Below, one piece after another: positions 15,001 through 21,275 of a DNA stretch of 64,000 nt (position 1 is the first letter of the stretch; each line of letters starts with the position of its first letter). The position numbers and the translations under genes were made by a program. The notes under the pieces were generated by a model that saw only the letters and a list, made by a program, of their open reading frames with translations, made no database searches and had not been told where the DNA came from. This DNA is from Candidatus Lindowbacteria bacterium RIFCSPLOWO2_12_FULL_62_27 (GTDB lineage Bacteria > Lindowbacteria > 2-12-FULL-62-27), in assembly GCA_001784175.1 (NCBI GenBank), contig MFPR01000006.1:1-64000 (forward strand). The letters run 5' to 3'.

Positions 15001-15119
15001 AAAAAATCGAGTGGGACTGCGCCAACAAGAGCGGCCAGAACGTCGGATCGGGCGTGTACATCTACATCCTGGAGTCCGGCGGAGACAAACTCGTGGATAA
15101 GCTGGCGATTGTGCGGTAG
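3..15119 (+). CDS. Giant secreted/surface modular protein, 5'-truncated by the window: 7 parallel beta-helix (NosD/CASH-like) + FN3 modules, FG-GAP/VCBS repeats, Ig-like domain, C-terminal FlgD/T9SS type A-like domain
   Basis: Frame is open from nt 3. Seven WYVND-initiated modules with GIYL..S.NNT..NN repeats, 7+3 WGDYDNDGDLDLAVSG repeats, YYYRVTA FN3 motifs, and C-terminal VYPNP...IFDVGGRLVK...SGVYIY. Confidence 0.85.
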   Translation, partial: TNFWRYSISGNTWETKAATPAGVSYGGALVYPATGDTLYALGGNGGNFWAYTLPAAYAGPIWYVNDTSTSGDSFTSAVGSDTNEGSASAPFRTIIAAMAAASEGDTIYIDAGIYDSYTWVSATETAGVNIDKDSITLVGKDSGSTIIDPPGASSISTMYGIYADTQVNLVIRGIGVTGAYHGIRFDNVDLSTISSDSVVSCGGYGMYLTSGSDTCTLTNNRTGGMSYGMYISASHFANIDSNDVRGNTRGIYLYQSYVDTVNNNNASSCNEGIYLDGARNCVISGNTASATTSSGLNLTGSDTNTVTGNNISSNTSVGIYLGGGRNNTLSNNTANSNSGEGIYLSGAQRTTMTGNTANQNGGAGGFRITGSSHFCTMTANIANSNNVRGVYVASSNSIVFTGNTTNSNANTGFAMDVVTDVRAANNVAKSNLNDGFGISSVANGVFEQNTLDSNAKYQIYLAGDVTSDTLQKNNVRTSPTNPDSGVYVTMNNTTQKFTLTRNWWNSTDTVQLKRMMFHPGGGDSIIWQPFRLGIVDTTAGADTTAPKAPDTVAVTPSDTSLIVSWAAVTALEEPNGGAVGLAGYRVYRSPAISDTSLWTQIAQVGSTADGWQDTSPFVGKIYYYRVTAFDGASPYINESFYSDSIPGGSAPYTSTTDWYVNDGSTAGDSYTYATGSDISGNGSKQTPFASIPKAMSVATAGDTVWIDAGLYDSYVTVNGTETAGVNIDKDSITLIGADSNATVIDPPGAKTLAGLYGIHADTQVNLTIKNIGVTGAREGIYLVNVDWSTVTSDSAGACGGAGIYLRAGSDTNTVTNNTTSSNSQYGIYLRSSSNNNTLTNNTARSNSLYGIYLNTTSNNNTVTNNMASSNAGYGIILQFGSNNTVTNNTANSNSLSGILLTSSSNNMVIQNSLDSNLQYQIRIDVSSSSDTVQKNNIRTSPTNPDSGVYNATGNTFDFTRNWWNTTDSGRIAQMLYDTGGVNRIIYQPFRLGEVDTTAGADTTAPDAPDTVAIVGTPDTSVIIEWAAVGALEEANGGAVGLSGYRVYRSETKDTSSWVKVAQAGSGTIRYQDTDVIPGRIYYYRVTAFDAATPYMNESFYSDSQPSDSASFSSAVNWYVNDTSVTGDIYTSAAGSDTSWGLGTAARPFASIPRAMQFATDGDTIFIDAGLYDSYVWVSGTETAGVNITKDSITLVGKDSASTVIDPPGAKTISTMYGIYADAQINLFIRNIGVTGAYDGIHFYNVDYSTIDGDSASSCGNYGFHLRIGSDTNTVRNSMAVANTSYGINLSSSSNNTVTNNMANSNAYGINLSSSSNNTVTNNTVNSSTNYGIYLTSSSNANTLTNNTASSNPNTGIYLVSSSNNTLTNNTANSTGGSGIRLQSSSNNTLTNNTTKSNSSHGIHLSSSSDANTLTNNTASSSGLYGIYLSSSSNNTVVQNDVRNNARYQVYIDGTSSSDTVQKNNLVMSGTNPDSGVYNSTTNTFDFARNWWNTVDTVAIGRKMFDTGYVNRIGYTPFRLGEVDTTAGADTTAPKAPDTVAVTPSDTSLIVSWSAVTALEEANGGAVGLAGYRVYRSPAITDTSLWTKAAEVGSGVTQWQDTSPFVGKVYYYRVTAFDAASPYINESFYSDSIPGDSAPYTSTTDWYVNDGSTAGDSYTYATGSDISGNGSKQTPFASIPKAMSVATAGDTIFIDAGLYDSFVTVNGTETVGVNIDKDSITLLGADSNATVIDPPGSASTNGLYGIYADTQTNLRIQNLGVTGAYDGVRFVNVDLSTVSGDSICDNGRNGIYLLNGSDNDAITNNTIVSNSTNGIYLLSSLGSTVSGNTANSNGGGRGILLQTSSMSTVSNNTFSSNGQDGISLQTNAETNTVSNNTISLNAVYGIYVLGCTGNTVIGNTVTSNGNKGIYLLNASVNTLAGNMVSLHGSPGIDLSSSSNQNVIRNNRVVSNQYGIRFWRSSYNRVIENTIDSNTTYQVHIDHGSGSDTTMKNNIIPSPANPDSGVLNTTGSSIDMTRNWWGTTDTGRIGQMMYDTGGVNRILYTPFRLGAVDTAAGADTTAPDAPDTVAVAPSDTSLIVSWSAVTALEEANGGAVGLAGYRVYRSPAISDTSLWTKAAEVGSGVTQWQDTSPFVGKVYYYRVTAFDAASPYMDESFYSDSIPGDSAPYTSQTDWYVNDGSTAGDSYTYATGSDVSGNGSKQTPFASIPKAMSVATSGDTIWIDAGFYNSIDTFSAGSETSVVTVTRDTIALIGKDSNATVLDPPGPKTQSGLYGVIVSGRTGATIRNLGVTGAYMGIRIQSSALCAVDADSACANGSVGIYLLNAAARQNTVTNCVVDGNTTSGIEVSSSASANTIQNNICNSNSVSGIRLTSSVTNTVVAGNTVNSNTYQGIYIQSSDSNTIRHNTVVSNPSIGIRLSSGSNYNVIYQNQITGNDTGIKISDTSSLNLIARNNLHGNTTSNLENAGGQSQTTARNWWGSTDSVAIAAKISDTASAWQPYRLGVVDTAAGADTVAPLAPDTVAASATAGAGTVLVTWSAVTANEDGIAGAAGVAQYRVYRAGVADTSSWTLVGTPTGTSFTDSGMAFGTTYYYRVTARDGAAFPNESYYSDSVAGATPSGFTKAAEPMGANEGVGDYSSIQWGDYDNDGDLDLAVSGRNNNVGGNYYELDIYRNNGGNSFTDVAEPLGANYGLYMRSSVQWGDYDNDGDLDLAVSGYTTQPATAVRLIVYRNDGGGSFTNVAEPLGAGAGLRESSIQWADHDNDGDLDLAVSGWDGTFRRLIIYRNNGAGSFTNMVEPLGANAGVDQGSIQWGDYDNDGDLDLAVSGWDGANHRFIIYRNNGGGSFTNAAEPLGANSGVYLSSIQWGDYDNDGDLDLAVSGAGTANRLVIYRNDGGGSFTNAAEPRGVNAGFIRSSIQWGDYDNDGDLDLAVSGDDGSNYRLIVYRNDGGNIFTNAAEPMGANKGVEQGSIHWGDYDNDGDLDLAVSGNDLTRKRLIIYRNDGIASPNQRPSAPTTNYPKGASFAQGDTVAFRWTKVSTDTTPDTGMTYNLRVGTASGKCDIVAADTNSADSVGHAPLGNVQNDTSAVLVKTLTVGQTYYWSVQAVDGAMMRSPWASEETFAVTLAPNTSGEWYVNDASTAGDSFSTAAGSDTSNNGTPTYPYRTITYALSQAKSGDTIYIDAGTYAETVVIDTDNVALIGKDSGAAVIDPPGAAGTAGLYGIYADTQIGLTIKNLGVTGAYNGIRFDNVDLSTLDQDSVSSCGASGIYLLNGSDTNTVSACMANANADNGIYLQASCGNSFGGNTANSNGTDGFEIADNSNNNTFTDNIAGYNPEVGIFINLSSNNIIKRNTTISNSQSGIWIDTGSGNLVSRNLVLANGWSGIGLDNSGANVVRGNEIRGSDTGLYIAGSSSSNYISRNNIFSNNASNILNLAGLAQSTLTRNWFGTADSAAIAAKISDTANAWQPYRLGIVDTAAGADTVAPNDPETVAASAASGAGTVLVTWSAVTANEDGIAGAAGVAQYRVYRAAVADTSSWTLVGIPTGTAFTDSGMTLGTTYYYRVTAWDGATFPNESYYSDSVVSATPTGWTKAAEPMGANAGVYYSSIQWGDYDNDGDLDLAVSGDDGTNKRLIIYRNNGGGSFTNVSEPMGANAGVYYGSIEWGDYDNDGDLDLAVSGTIDNGTNKRLIIYRNNGGGSFTNVSEPMGANAGVYYSSIEWGDYDNDGDLDLAVSGYDNSTNYRLILYRNDGIATPNVRPNAPALNYPKGDTVAGGDTVTFRWTKVSSDTTPDTGMTYNLRVGTASGKADIFAADTNSADSVGHAPLGNVQNDTYAYLVGANNNSPLPFGTYYWSVQAVDGAMMRSAWATEETFAVTPGPNTGGKWYVNDASTTGDSFTTAAGSDNSLTNNGSASLPYSTITKALSQAKSGDTIFIDAGLYSETVVIDSDFVALIGKDSNATVIDPPGAKTTSGLYGIYADTQTGLLIKNLGVTGAYYGIYFSNVDISTITGDSLCSNGQSGINLLTGSDTNTILGNIADFNSGRAIRLDASSFNTISGNTADSNTQEGIGIYQGSKNNTISGNTTNNNIGGISLSASSYNAISGNTAAYNTGNGISLSSSSNNTLSNNTCTSNLSHGLGVQGGSDTNTAADNTILSNSQNGIFLSSNANGNVFSGNSIRLNGQDGIAAQSSSNGNFFRNNLIQSNTRSGIRIEANGNEVHQNDISGNDTGIRIELSSSGNVITKNNLAANNVNHVYNPSGNSQTLTRNWFGSTDESAVSAKITDAASTWRPYRLGVVDTATGADTTAPAPPAGVTLNASTPGQITVTWTNPATNEETNGGAVGFAGVRIYRLRNAVDTTHWASALAFTTTGAKSDWDDTGANDGATYYYRLTSRDAAAFPNESWFTDTVWAASVALAPETISLVSGNHQLAAAGESCGAPLKVRVVDQNGNPIASETVVLSISYPSGGALTSSGAHLGTISGQTSTTVLTDTDGYVGDGLVVGTTGDVYRVEAELGRAPAKAVTFTAYADGRDAPDSSWRMMGVNKRLFDTVTAPSTLLHADLGAGTLIYEWLANANTNSSLNNSRYYAPSEIERGDAYWIKPGDAGAQRWVIDEGTQGEAGFDTVAIALDADNGGWNQIASGQYFYVDWQKSVMVDTGLPASGPQDDAWVSNYLCHMISVDSAHAAGVLSKILYWYDGTQYLWGPNTLASPSGAIVDDTSTVPGVQMKPMVGFWVKASQACTLWVLPNPAEVADTATVILQQAPRLLSAVYGKVAASENDWAIQLMASGGGKTDAQNYVGVKPGAAAARLASVYEPPPAAGGYVAVAVRPSPQPSPASGRGGEDAWMAAAFTEPVAAADAKTAGRSWDVLVASDFGGPVTLAWDNVPNLPHTYEAYLVGAPAGPVNLRQSSSLVLKSEIQNPKSKISLTLAVGLPEYLAPFLAPPFSKENAFVYPNPGPDGATQTMTFKWGPTATGEVKLKIFDVGGRLVKEFSADAAAQKIEWDCANKSGQNVGSGVYIYILESGGDKLVDKLAIVR
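14490..14532. repeat. REP-like palindromic element lying in frame within the giant CDS
   Basis: CCCTCTCCCGC-AA-GCGGGAGAGGG hairpin flanked by CCTCACC/GGTGAGG; same family as the hairpins at 21066-21179. Confidence 0.8.
14748..14782 (+). repeat. Heptamer tandem repeat (AAATCCA-like x5) within CDS
   Basis: AAATCCG AAATCCA AAATCCA AAATCCA AAATCTC, read as KSEIQNPKSKIS. Confidence 0.85.
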
Positions 15120-15128
15120 GCGGTTGGT

Positions 15129-15548
15129 TTATGTGGAGGATGTATGTTCCAGAACTTGTTTGAGGTAATTCGGAATGTCTTTGACGGCGTCGCGGGCGGC
15201 CTCCAGCAGTTTGGCGGGATCGATCTCGTCGTATTCATGGGCGATGCGGTTGCGCAGGCCGGCCGACACGGAGATGTGTTTGGCGAAGGTGGGTTCCAGA
15301 ATCGACATTCGCCCGAGTTCCACGAACGATTCGTGGTAATCCTTCGGCGCCGGCCGGCCGCTCTCGGTAATGAGGTGGAAATTGATGTCGATCATGCGTC
15401 CGATCATGCGTTCCAACAGGCGTTCGAACAGCGCCTGTGCGGGGGCGTCGAGCTGGGGCGTCGCCTGTTTCTTCAGCGCCTCGCCCAGAACGATCAGGTC
15501 CTTCTCGATCAATCCGGCTTTCCGAGCGACCAGTTCCGGGTCGATCAT
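15129..15548 (-). CDS. HEPN/DUF86 (HepT-like) RNase toxin
   Basis: 139 aa with RNRIAHEY (RxxxxH) motif; overlaps the MNT gene stop. Confidence 0.85.
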   Translation of the reverse strand: MIDPELVARKAGLIEKDLIVLGEALKKQATPQLDAPAQALFERLLERMIGRMIDINFHLITESGRPAPKDYHESFVELGRMSILEPTFAKHISVSAGLRNRIAHEYDEIDPAKLLEAARDAVKDIPNYLKQVLEHTSST

Positions 15549-15967
15549 GAGGCCATCCGGTCCGCCACCCGGAGGGCCGCGGCGCGTTCGATTTTCAAGT
15601 ATGGCCGGAAATCTTCGTATGCGTGAAACGCCTTCAGCCTCCAGGCGGCAAATTGCGCCGGCGGGCCGTGCAGCAAGACTGCCGTTTCAAATATTTTTTT
15701 CAGAAACAGCGGATCAGCCCGGTCCAGATACCCAATATCAAACTCGCGCCCAAATCCCGGGCCGGCCGCTTCGGACAGGTCGCCCGCCAGCCCCAGCCGC
15801 TCGCGGAAATCGACGGCCGGGTCGAAATCCACGGCAACGTCCACATCGCTGTCAGGCCGCAATTTTCCGGCGGCCGCCGAACCGAACAACAACGCCAAAC
15901 GCACTTTGCGGGTTTCAAAAACGCCCTGCAACCGTGTGCGCAATTCATCCATATCCAATGTTTCCAT
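15545..15967 (-). CDS. Minimal nucleotidyltransferase (MntA-like) antitoxin
   Basis: LFGSAAAG...SDVDVAV (GS-x10-DxD); paired with HEPN. Start placed at ATG 15967 (uncertain). Confidence 0.85.
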   Translation of the reverse strand: METLDMDELRTRLQGVFETRKVRLALLFGSAAAGKLRPDSDVDVAVDFDPAVDFRERLGLAGDLSEAAGPGFGREFDIGYLDRADPLFLKKIFETAVLLHGPPAQFAAWRLKAFHAYEDFRPYLKIERAAALRVADRMAS

Positions 15968-16039
15968 TGGGGGTATTGTCTCAATTTGGAGGGTACCTGG
16001 CAAGTCGGCCGGGCAACGCGATCGTGCGCTGAGCGCCGG

Positions 16040-16861
16040 TTACGCCCCGGCCGAGGCGAAGGACTGGAGTTGTTCGAAATACGATTTGGTGCCCACCATG
16101 TAGCAGTCGTTGTGGCCGCCGCGGTCGACGGCGAAGAAGGATTTCGGGGGATCGGCCAGTTCGAAGAGTTTCTGGCCCATGTGGAAGGGGATGACCTCGT
16201 CGTGGGTCCCATGGATCACGAGGAGCGGGCACCGCCTCAGTTTCAGATGGGAGACGGTGTCCAGCCGGACGCTGATCAGAAAGCCCGGGACCCGCATCGG
16301 CGCGAACATCTGTTCGGCCATGACCCCGGCCGACGGAAACGTCCCTTCCAGAATCAGCCGGCGGATGGGCCGGCCCCGCGCCGCGTGCGCCGCGATGACG
16401 CCGCCGAGCGACCGGCCGAAAAACACGATGTCTTCCGGCTTCACGCCGATCTGGTGCGTCAGCTCCTCGTAGGCGGCGTCGCCGTCCATCAGGATTCCCT
16501 CCTCGGTCGGCCGGCCTTCGCTTTCACCGTAGCCGCGGTAATCGAAAACAAATACGGAGAACCCGGCCTCGTGGAGATACTGCAGGAACTGGATCCGGTC
16601 GCCGATGTTGCCGGCGTTGCCGTGAAAAAAAAGGACGGTGGCCAGGGGCTTGGGATGCGGGATCCACCACCCGCTCAGAAGATGCCCGTCGTAGGACAGG
16701 AACCGCCGCCACTCGAAGTCGAGCCCCAGTTCCCTCGGTGTCTGGTTGACCTGCCGGACCGGAAAGAAGACGAGGCGGCGTTCGTAGTAGACGATATAGA
16801 GCTTCGCCATCGCCGCCATCGCGGCGAGGAGGAGGAGGACTTTGAAAAGGAAGGTGAGCAC
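16040..16861 (-). CDS. Alpha/beta hydrolase with N-terminal membrane anchor
   Basis: FFHGNAGN, DYRGYG, GRSLGG nucleophile motif, HGTHDEV and GGHND. Confidence 0.9.
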   Translation of the reverse strand: MLTFLFKVLLLLAAMAAMAKLYIVYYERRLVFFPVRQVNQTPRELGLDFEWRRFLSYDGHLLSGWWIPHPKPLATVLFFHGNAGNIGDRIQFLQYLHEAGFSVFVFDYRGYGESEGRPTEEGILMDGDAAYEELTHQIGVKPEDIVFFGRSLGGVIAAHAARGRPIRRLILEGTFPSAGVMAEQMFAPMRVPGFLISVRLDTVSHLKLRRCPLLVIHGTHDEVIPFHMGQKLFELADPPKSFFAVDRGGHNDCYMVGTKSYFEQLQSFASAGA

Positions 16862-16880
16862 GCCGCCGGCCCTGCCCGCC

Positions 16881-18008
16881 TCAGCCCATTCCGGACGTTC
16901 CGGAATAAATGCCCTTCAGGTTGAGCTTGAGCTCGTCGGGCTTGGAGGAGGCGGCGATCGCGTCCTCCTCGGAAATCGCGCCGGCCTGGACGAGCTTGAC
17001 CAGCGCCTGGTTGAAGGTCTGCATGCCTTCGGAGGTCGCCGCCTGCACGGCCGCCGGCAGTTTGGACGTGACGCCCTCGAGCAGCAATTTCCGCACAAGC
17101 GGCGTGGCGATGAGAATCTCGATCGCCGCCGCGCGGCCCTTGCCGTCGGCTTTCGCGACCAGCCGCTGGCAGAGGATCGCCTGCAGGCCCAGGGAAAGCT
17201 GCATGCGGACCTGCTGGATTTTGTCGGCCGGGTAGAGGTTGAGAATGCGCTCGACCGACTGCGCGCAGTCCTGCGTGTGGAGCGTGCCGAACACGAGGTG
17301 CCCGGTCTCGGCCGCCGTCAGCGCGACGCTGACGGTTTCGATGTCGCGCATCTCGCCGATCAGGATGACGTCCGGGTCCTGGCGCAGCACGTATTTCAAG
17401 GCAGACGCAAAACTCGGCGTGTCGGCGCCGACCTCGCGCTGGTTGATGAGGCACATCTTGTTTTGATGGACGAATTCGACCGGATCCTCGATCGTCATGA
17501 TGTGTTCGGGCCGCGTGGCGTTGATGTAATCGATCATCGCCGCCAGCGTCGTCGACTTGCCGCTGCCCGTCGCGCCCGTCACGAGCACCAGTCCCTGCCC
17601 GGCCTCGCAGATTTTTTTCAGCACCGGCGGCAGGTTCAGATCGTCAATCGACGCGATCTTCGTCGGGATCTGCCGCAGGACCATCCCGATCCGGCCCCGC
17701 TGGAAGAAGAGGTTGGCGCGAAACCGCCCGACGCCCTCGATCGCGACGGCCGAATCGAACTCGTGCGCCTTCTCGAACTGCGCGTACCGGTCCGAATCGT
17801 TGAGCGCCTCCTTCGCGAGCCGCACCACCTCCTCGGGGGGCAGCGGCTCGACCGGAAACGCGACGAGCTCGCCCCGGATCCGGCCGCGCGGCGGATCGCC
17901 GGCCTGGATGTGGAGGTCCGAGCCCTTGTTCTCGACGAGGATCTGGAGGAGATACGCCATCGTCACGTCTTTGGCGGCAATCGTGTCAGCCATGTCGATG
18001 CCATTCAT
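16881..18008 (-). CDS. Type IV pilus retraction ATPase, PilT/PilU family
   Basis: SDLHI, GATGSGKSTT, TIEDPVE, RQDPDVILIGEMRD, AETGHLVFGTLHT. Confidence 0.9.
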   Translation of the reverse strand: MNGIDMADTIAAKDVTMAYLLQILVENKGSDLHIQAGDPPRGRIRGELVAFPVEPLPPEEVVRLAKEALNDSDRYAQFEKAHEFDSAVAIEGVGRFRANLFFQRGRIGMVLRQIPTKIASIDDLNLPPVLKKICEAGQGLVLVTGATGSGKSTTLAAMIDYINATRPEHIMTIEDPVEFVHQNKMCLINQREVGADTPSFASALKYVLRQDPDVILIGEMRDIETVSVALTAAETGHLVFGTLHTQDCAQSVERILNLYPADKIQQVRMQLSLGLQAILCQRLVAKADGKGRAAAIEILIATPLVRKLLLEGVTSKLPAAVQAATSEGMQTFNQALVKLVQAGAISEEDAIAASSKPDELKLNLKGIYSGTSGMG

Positions 18009-18031
18009 ATCACGGGGGCGGGCTAAGGTTC

Positions 18032-18066
18032 AACCTTGAACCTTGAACCTTGAGCCCCGAACATCT
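18032..18066. repeat. Heptamer tandem repeat (AACCTTG x3 plus 2 degenerate units) in a divergent intergenic region
   Basis: Read directly; overlaps the palindrome AAGGTT-C-AACCTT at 18025-18037. Confidence 0.75.
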
Positions 18067-18080
18067 AATATGCCCCTCTT

Positions 18081-19138
<1,058 letters not shown>

Positions 19139-19139
<1 letters not shown>

Positions 19140-20095
19140 TGGACGCCGGAAAGCTGAAGACGATCCCCGTCTTTTCGACAATCGAGCCCGCCATTTTGGC
19201 GGATCTCGCGTCCATCGTCGAGGAAAAATCGTTCGAGGCCGGCGGGACCGTGTTCAAGGAGGGCGAAGAGGGCGATGCGATGTATGCGATCCTCGAGGGC
19301 GCGGTCAAGATCGTGAAGATGATCGATCCGGCGAAGGGGCTCTCCAAGGACCTTGCGATCCTGGGCGCGGGCGATTTTTTCGGCGAAATGTCGCTGATCG
19401 ACCGAAGCCCGCGGTCGGCGTCGGTCGTGGCCGCCGGGCCGGCGACCCTCGTGCGGGTGTCGCGACAGGCGTTTCAGGACCTGCTGGAAAAAAGCGCGAT
19501 CACCGCCGCCAACCTCCTCTTCGGCATCATCCAGACCGTCAGCGGCCGGCTCCGCCAGACGAACGCCGAGCTTGTGACGCTCTACGAGACCGGCAAGACC
19601 ATCGGCGAGGCCCAGCAGCTTCAGGACATCGTGTCGGTCGTGTTCCGCCGGCTGGTATCGTCGACCGGCGCGCAGTGCGGCCTGTTCGTCCTGCGCAACG
19701 AGCTGGCGGGCGGTTTGGAAATCCGGGATTCCGAGGGATTCCCGGCTGGCCAGTCGGCGTTGCTCAAGATCGTGGAGGATCGCGGGCTGGTTGGCCGGGC
19801 GCTTCGGGACGGCGCCGCCGTGCTGATCGCCGACGTGGAACACGACGATCGGATCTCAAAAGAGGATATGGAGGGCTACGAAACCCCCTCGATGATGCTC
19901 GTGCCGCTCCACGCGCAGGACCGCATCCTCGGCGTGATCGTGTTCGGCCACCGCGAAAAATCCCGGTTCACGCCCAACCACCTCAACCTCTGCCTCGGCG
20001 TCGCCTCCCAGACCGCCCAGGCCATCCTCAACGCCCGCCACCGGGAGGAGGAATCGGCGCGGTCGAAGCTGCACCGGCATTATGTGAAGTTCTGA
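19139..20095 (+). CDS. Cyclic-nucleotide-binding domain + GAF domain protein
   Basis: FFGEMSL..SPRSASV cNMP motif followed by a GAF-like region (SMMLVPL...ILGVI...F); ATG overlaps the pilT TGA. Confidence 0.85.
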
Positions 20096-20661
20096 CCGCG
20101 CGATTTCCAGGCCCAAAAGGTCAGGGTAGCCAAAGAAAGCACAAACGTCACGGAGCCGATGGCGCCGTGGAGGTGCGATTCGAGGACTCCGGCGCCGCGC
20201 GCATGCACGACCCATGCGAGGATGGCGATGCGCACGCCGTTGCTGAGGAGCGCCAGCGACGCGGCGGCCGCGACGAAGAGGATGCGGGTTTTGGCGGCGA
20301 GTTCGAAAACGCCGGCCATGAAGAGGCAGAGCGTGACGAGAAAATACAGCGTGTAAAACCCGTCGCAGACCGGCGTGATGTCGAGGTAGTTGCGGGGCAG
20401 ATGGAGCGTCGCATCTTGCAACTGGACGGGCATGCCTGTCAGGGTGAGAATGAACCACGAAAGCCGCGCGGCCAGCCGCCGAAGGCCCATGCCCAGACCG
20501 GCGCCCAGCGCATATAAAGGAAGCACCCAGCCCACCATCAACGCAATCCATGCCCACATTTCCCGGCGTGGCCGCTCGGGATGCGTGTCGACGAAATGGT
20601 GGTAATAGAGGTTGGCGCAGAAAACCGAAAAACATAGAACCACCCAGACATCAACCGACAT
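20080..20661 (-). CDS. Exosortase/archaeosortase family membrane transpeptidase
   Basis: Multi-TM protein with the Cys (ITPVCDG), Arg (NGVRI) and His (HLHG) triad in the expected order. Confidence 0.85.
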   Translation of the reverse strand: MSVDVWVVLCFSVFCANLYYHHFVDTHPERPRREMWAWIALMVGWVLPLYALGAGLGMGLRRLAARLSWFILTLTGMPVQLQDATLHLPRNYLDITPVCDGFYTLYFLVTLCLFMAGVFELAAKTRILFVAAAASLALLSNGVRIAILAWVVHARGAGVLESHLHGAIGSVTFVLSLATLTFWAWKSRGQNFT

Positions 20662-20682
20662 AAGGCTTGAACGAAGAACGGT

Positions 20683-20901
20683 TCAGGACGAAATGGCCGG
20701 TTTCAGTCCGGTTGAAAGGATGTCTCCCTTGATCGTCAGTTTCCCCTTGAGCTTGCCGATCAAATTTACGGATTTCGAGCGTATCGGGACAACCTTGGCA
20801 ACCGGCTTTTTGTGCTTCGTAATGATCATGCCTTCTTCATCCAACCGTCCCAGAATGGCCAGACACTGCTCCTTGAATTTTGTGGCGCCGATCATTTTCA
20901 T
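20683..20901 (-). CDS. Phd/YefM family antitoxin with no adjacent toxin
   Basis: 72 aa: IGATKFKEQCL.IL......IITKHKKPVAKVVP. Confidence 0.8.
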   Translation of the reverse strand: MKMIGATKFKEQCLAILGRLDEEGMIITKHKKPVAKVVPIRSKSVNLIGKLKGKLTIKGDILSTGLKPAISS

Positions 20902-20990
20902 TTAAACGAAGTATATAACAGTCCATAAAAAAGTCCAGTCGTTTTTGTGCCCGTGTGTAATGCGTCGGAACGTGTGAAACGGCGACGGAG

Positions 20991-21034
20991 ACCCCCCTTC
21001 ATCCCCCCTTGCAAAGGGGGGAAAGAGGGGGGTT
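20991..21034. repeat. GC-rich palindromic (REP-like) hairpin
   Basis: CCCCCCTTCATCCCCCCTT-GCA-AAGGGGGGAAAGAGGGGGG. Confidence 0.6.
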
Positions 21035-21049
21035 ACCGCTGTTCACAGA

Positions 21050-21195
21050 CTTTCAATTACCCACATTCCCCCTCTCCCGCCTCTGGCGGGAGAGGGTCGG
21101 GGTGAGGGTGGCCGCACGGCGCGTCGAAACCCCCCTCACCCCTACCCTCTCCCCCCGCTTCGCGTGGGGAGAGGGGGTTTGTGGGTAATTGAAAG
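21050..21195. mobile_element. 146-bp MITE with 16-bp terminal inverted repeats and a 9-bp target-site duplication
   Basis: CTTTCAATTACCCACA (21050-21065) / TGTGGGTAATTGAAAG (21180-21195); GTTCACAGA at both 21041-21049 and 21196-21204. Confidence 0.85.
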
Positions 21196-21275
21196 GTTCA
21201 CAGATCGGTTACGCCCGTGTTTGTGGCCTCTTTGACGGGGCGCCGCCGATAAGATACACGGGCGACGTGCGAGGC

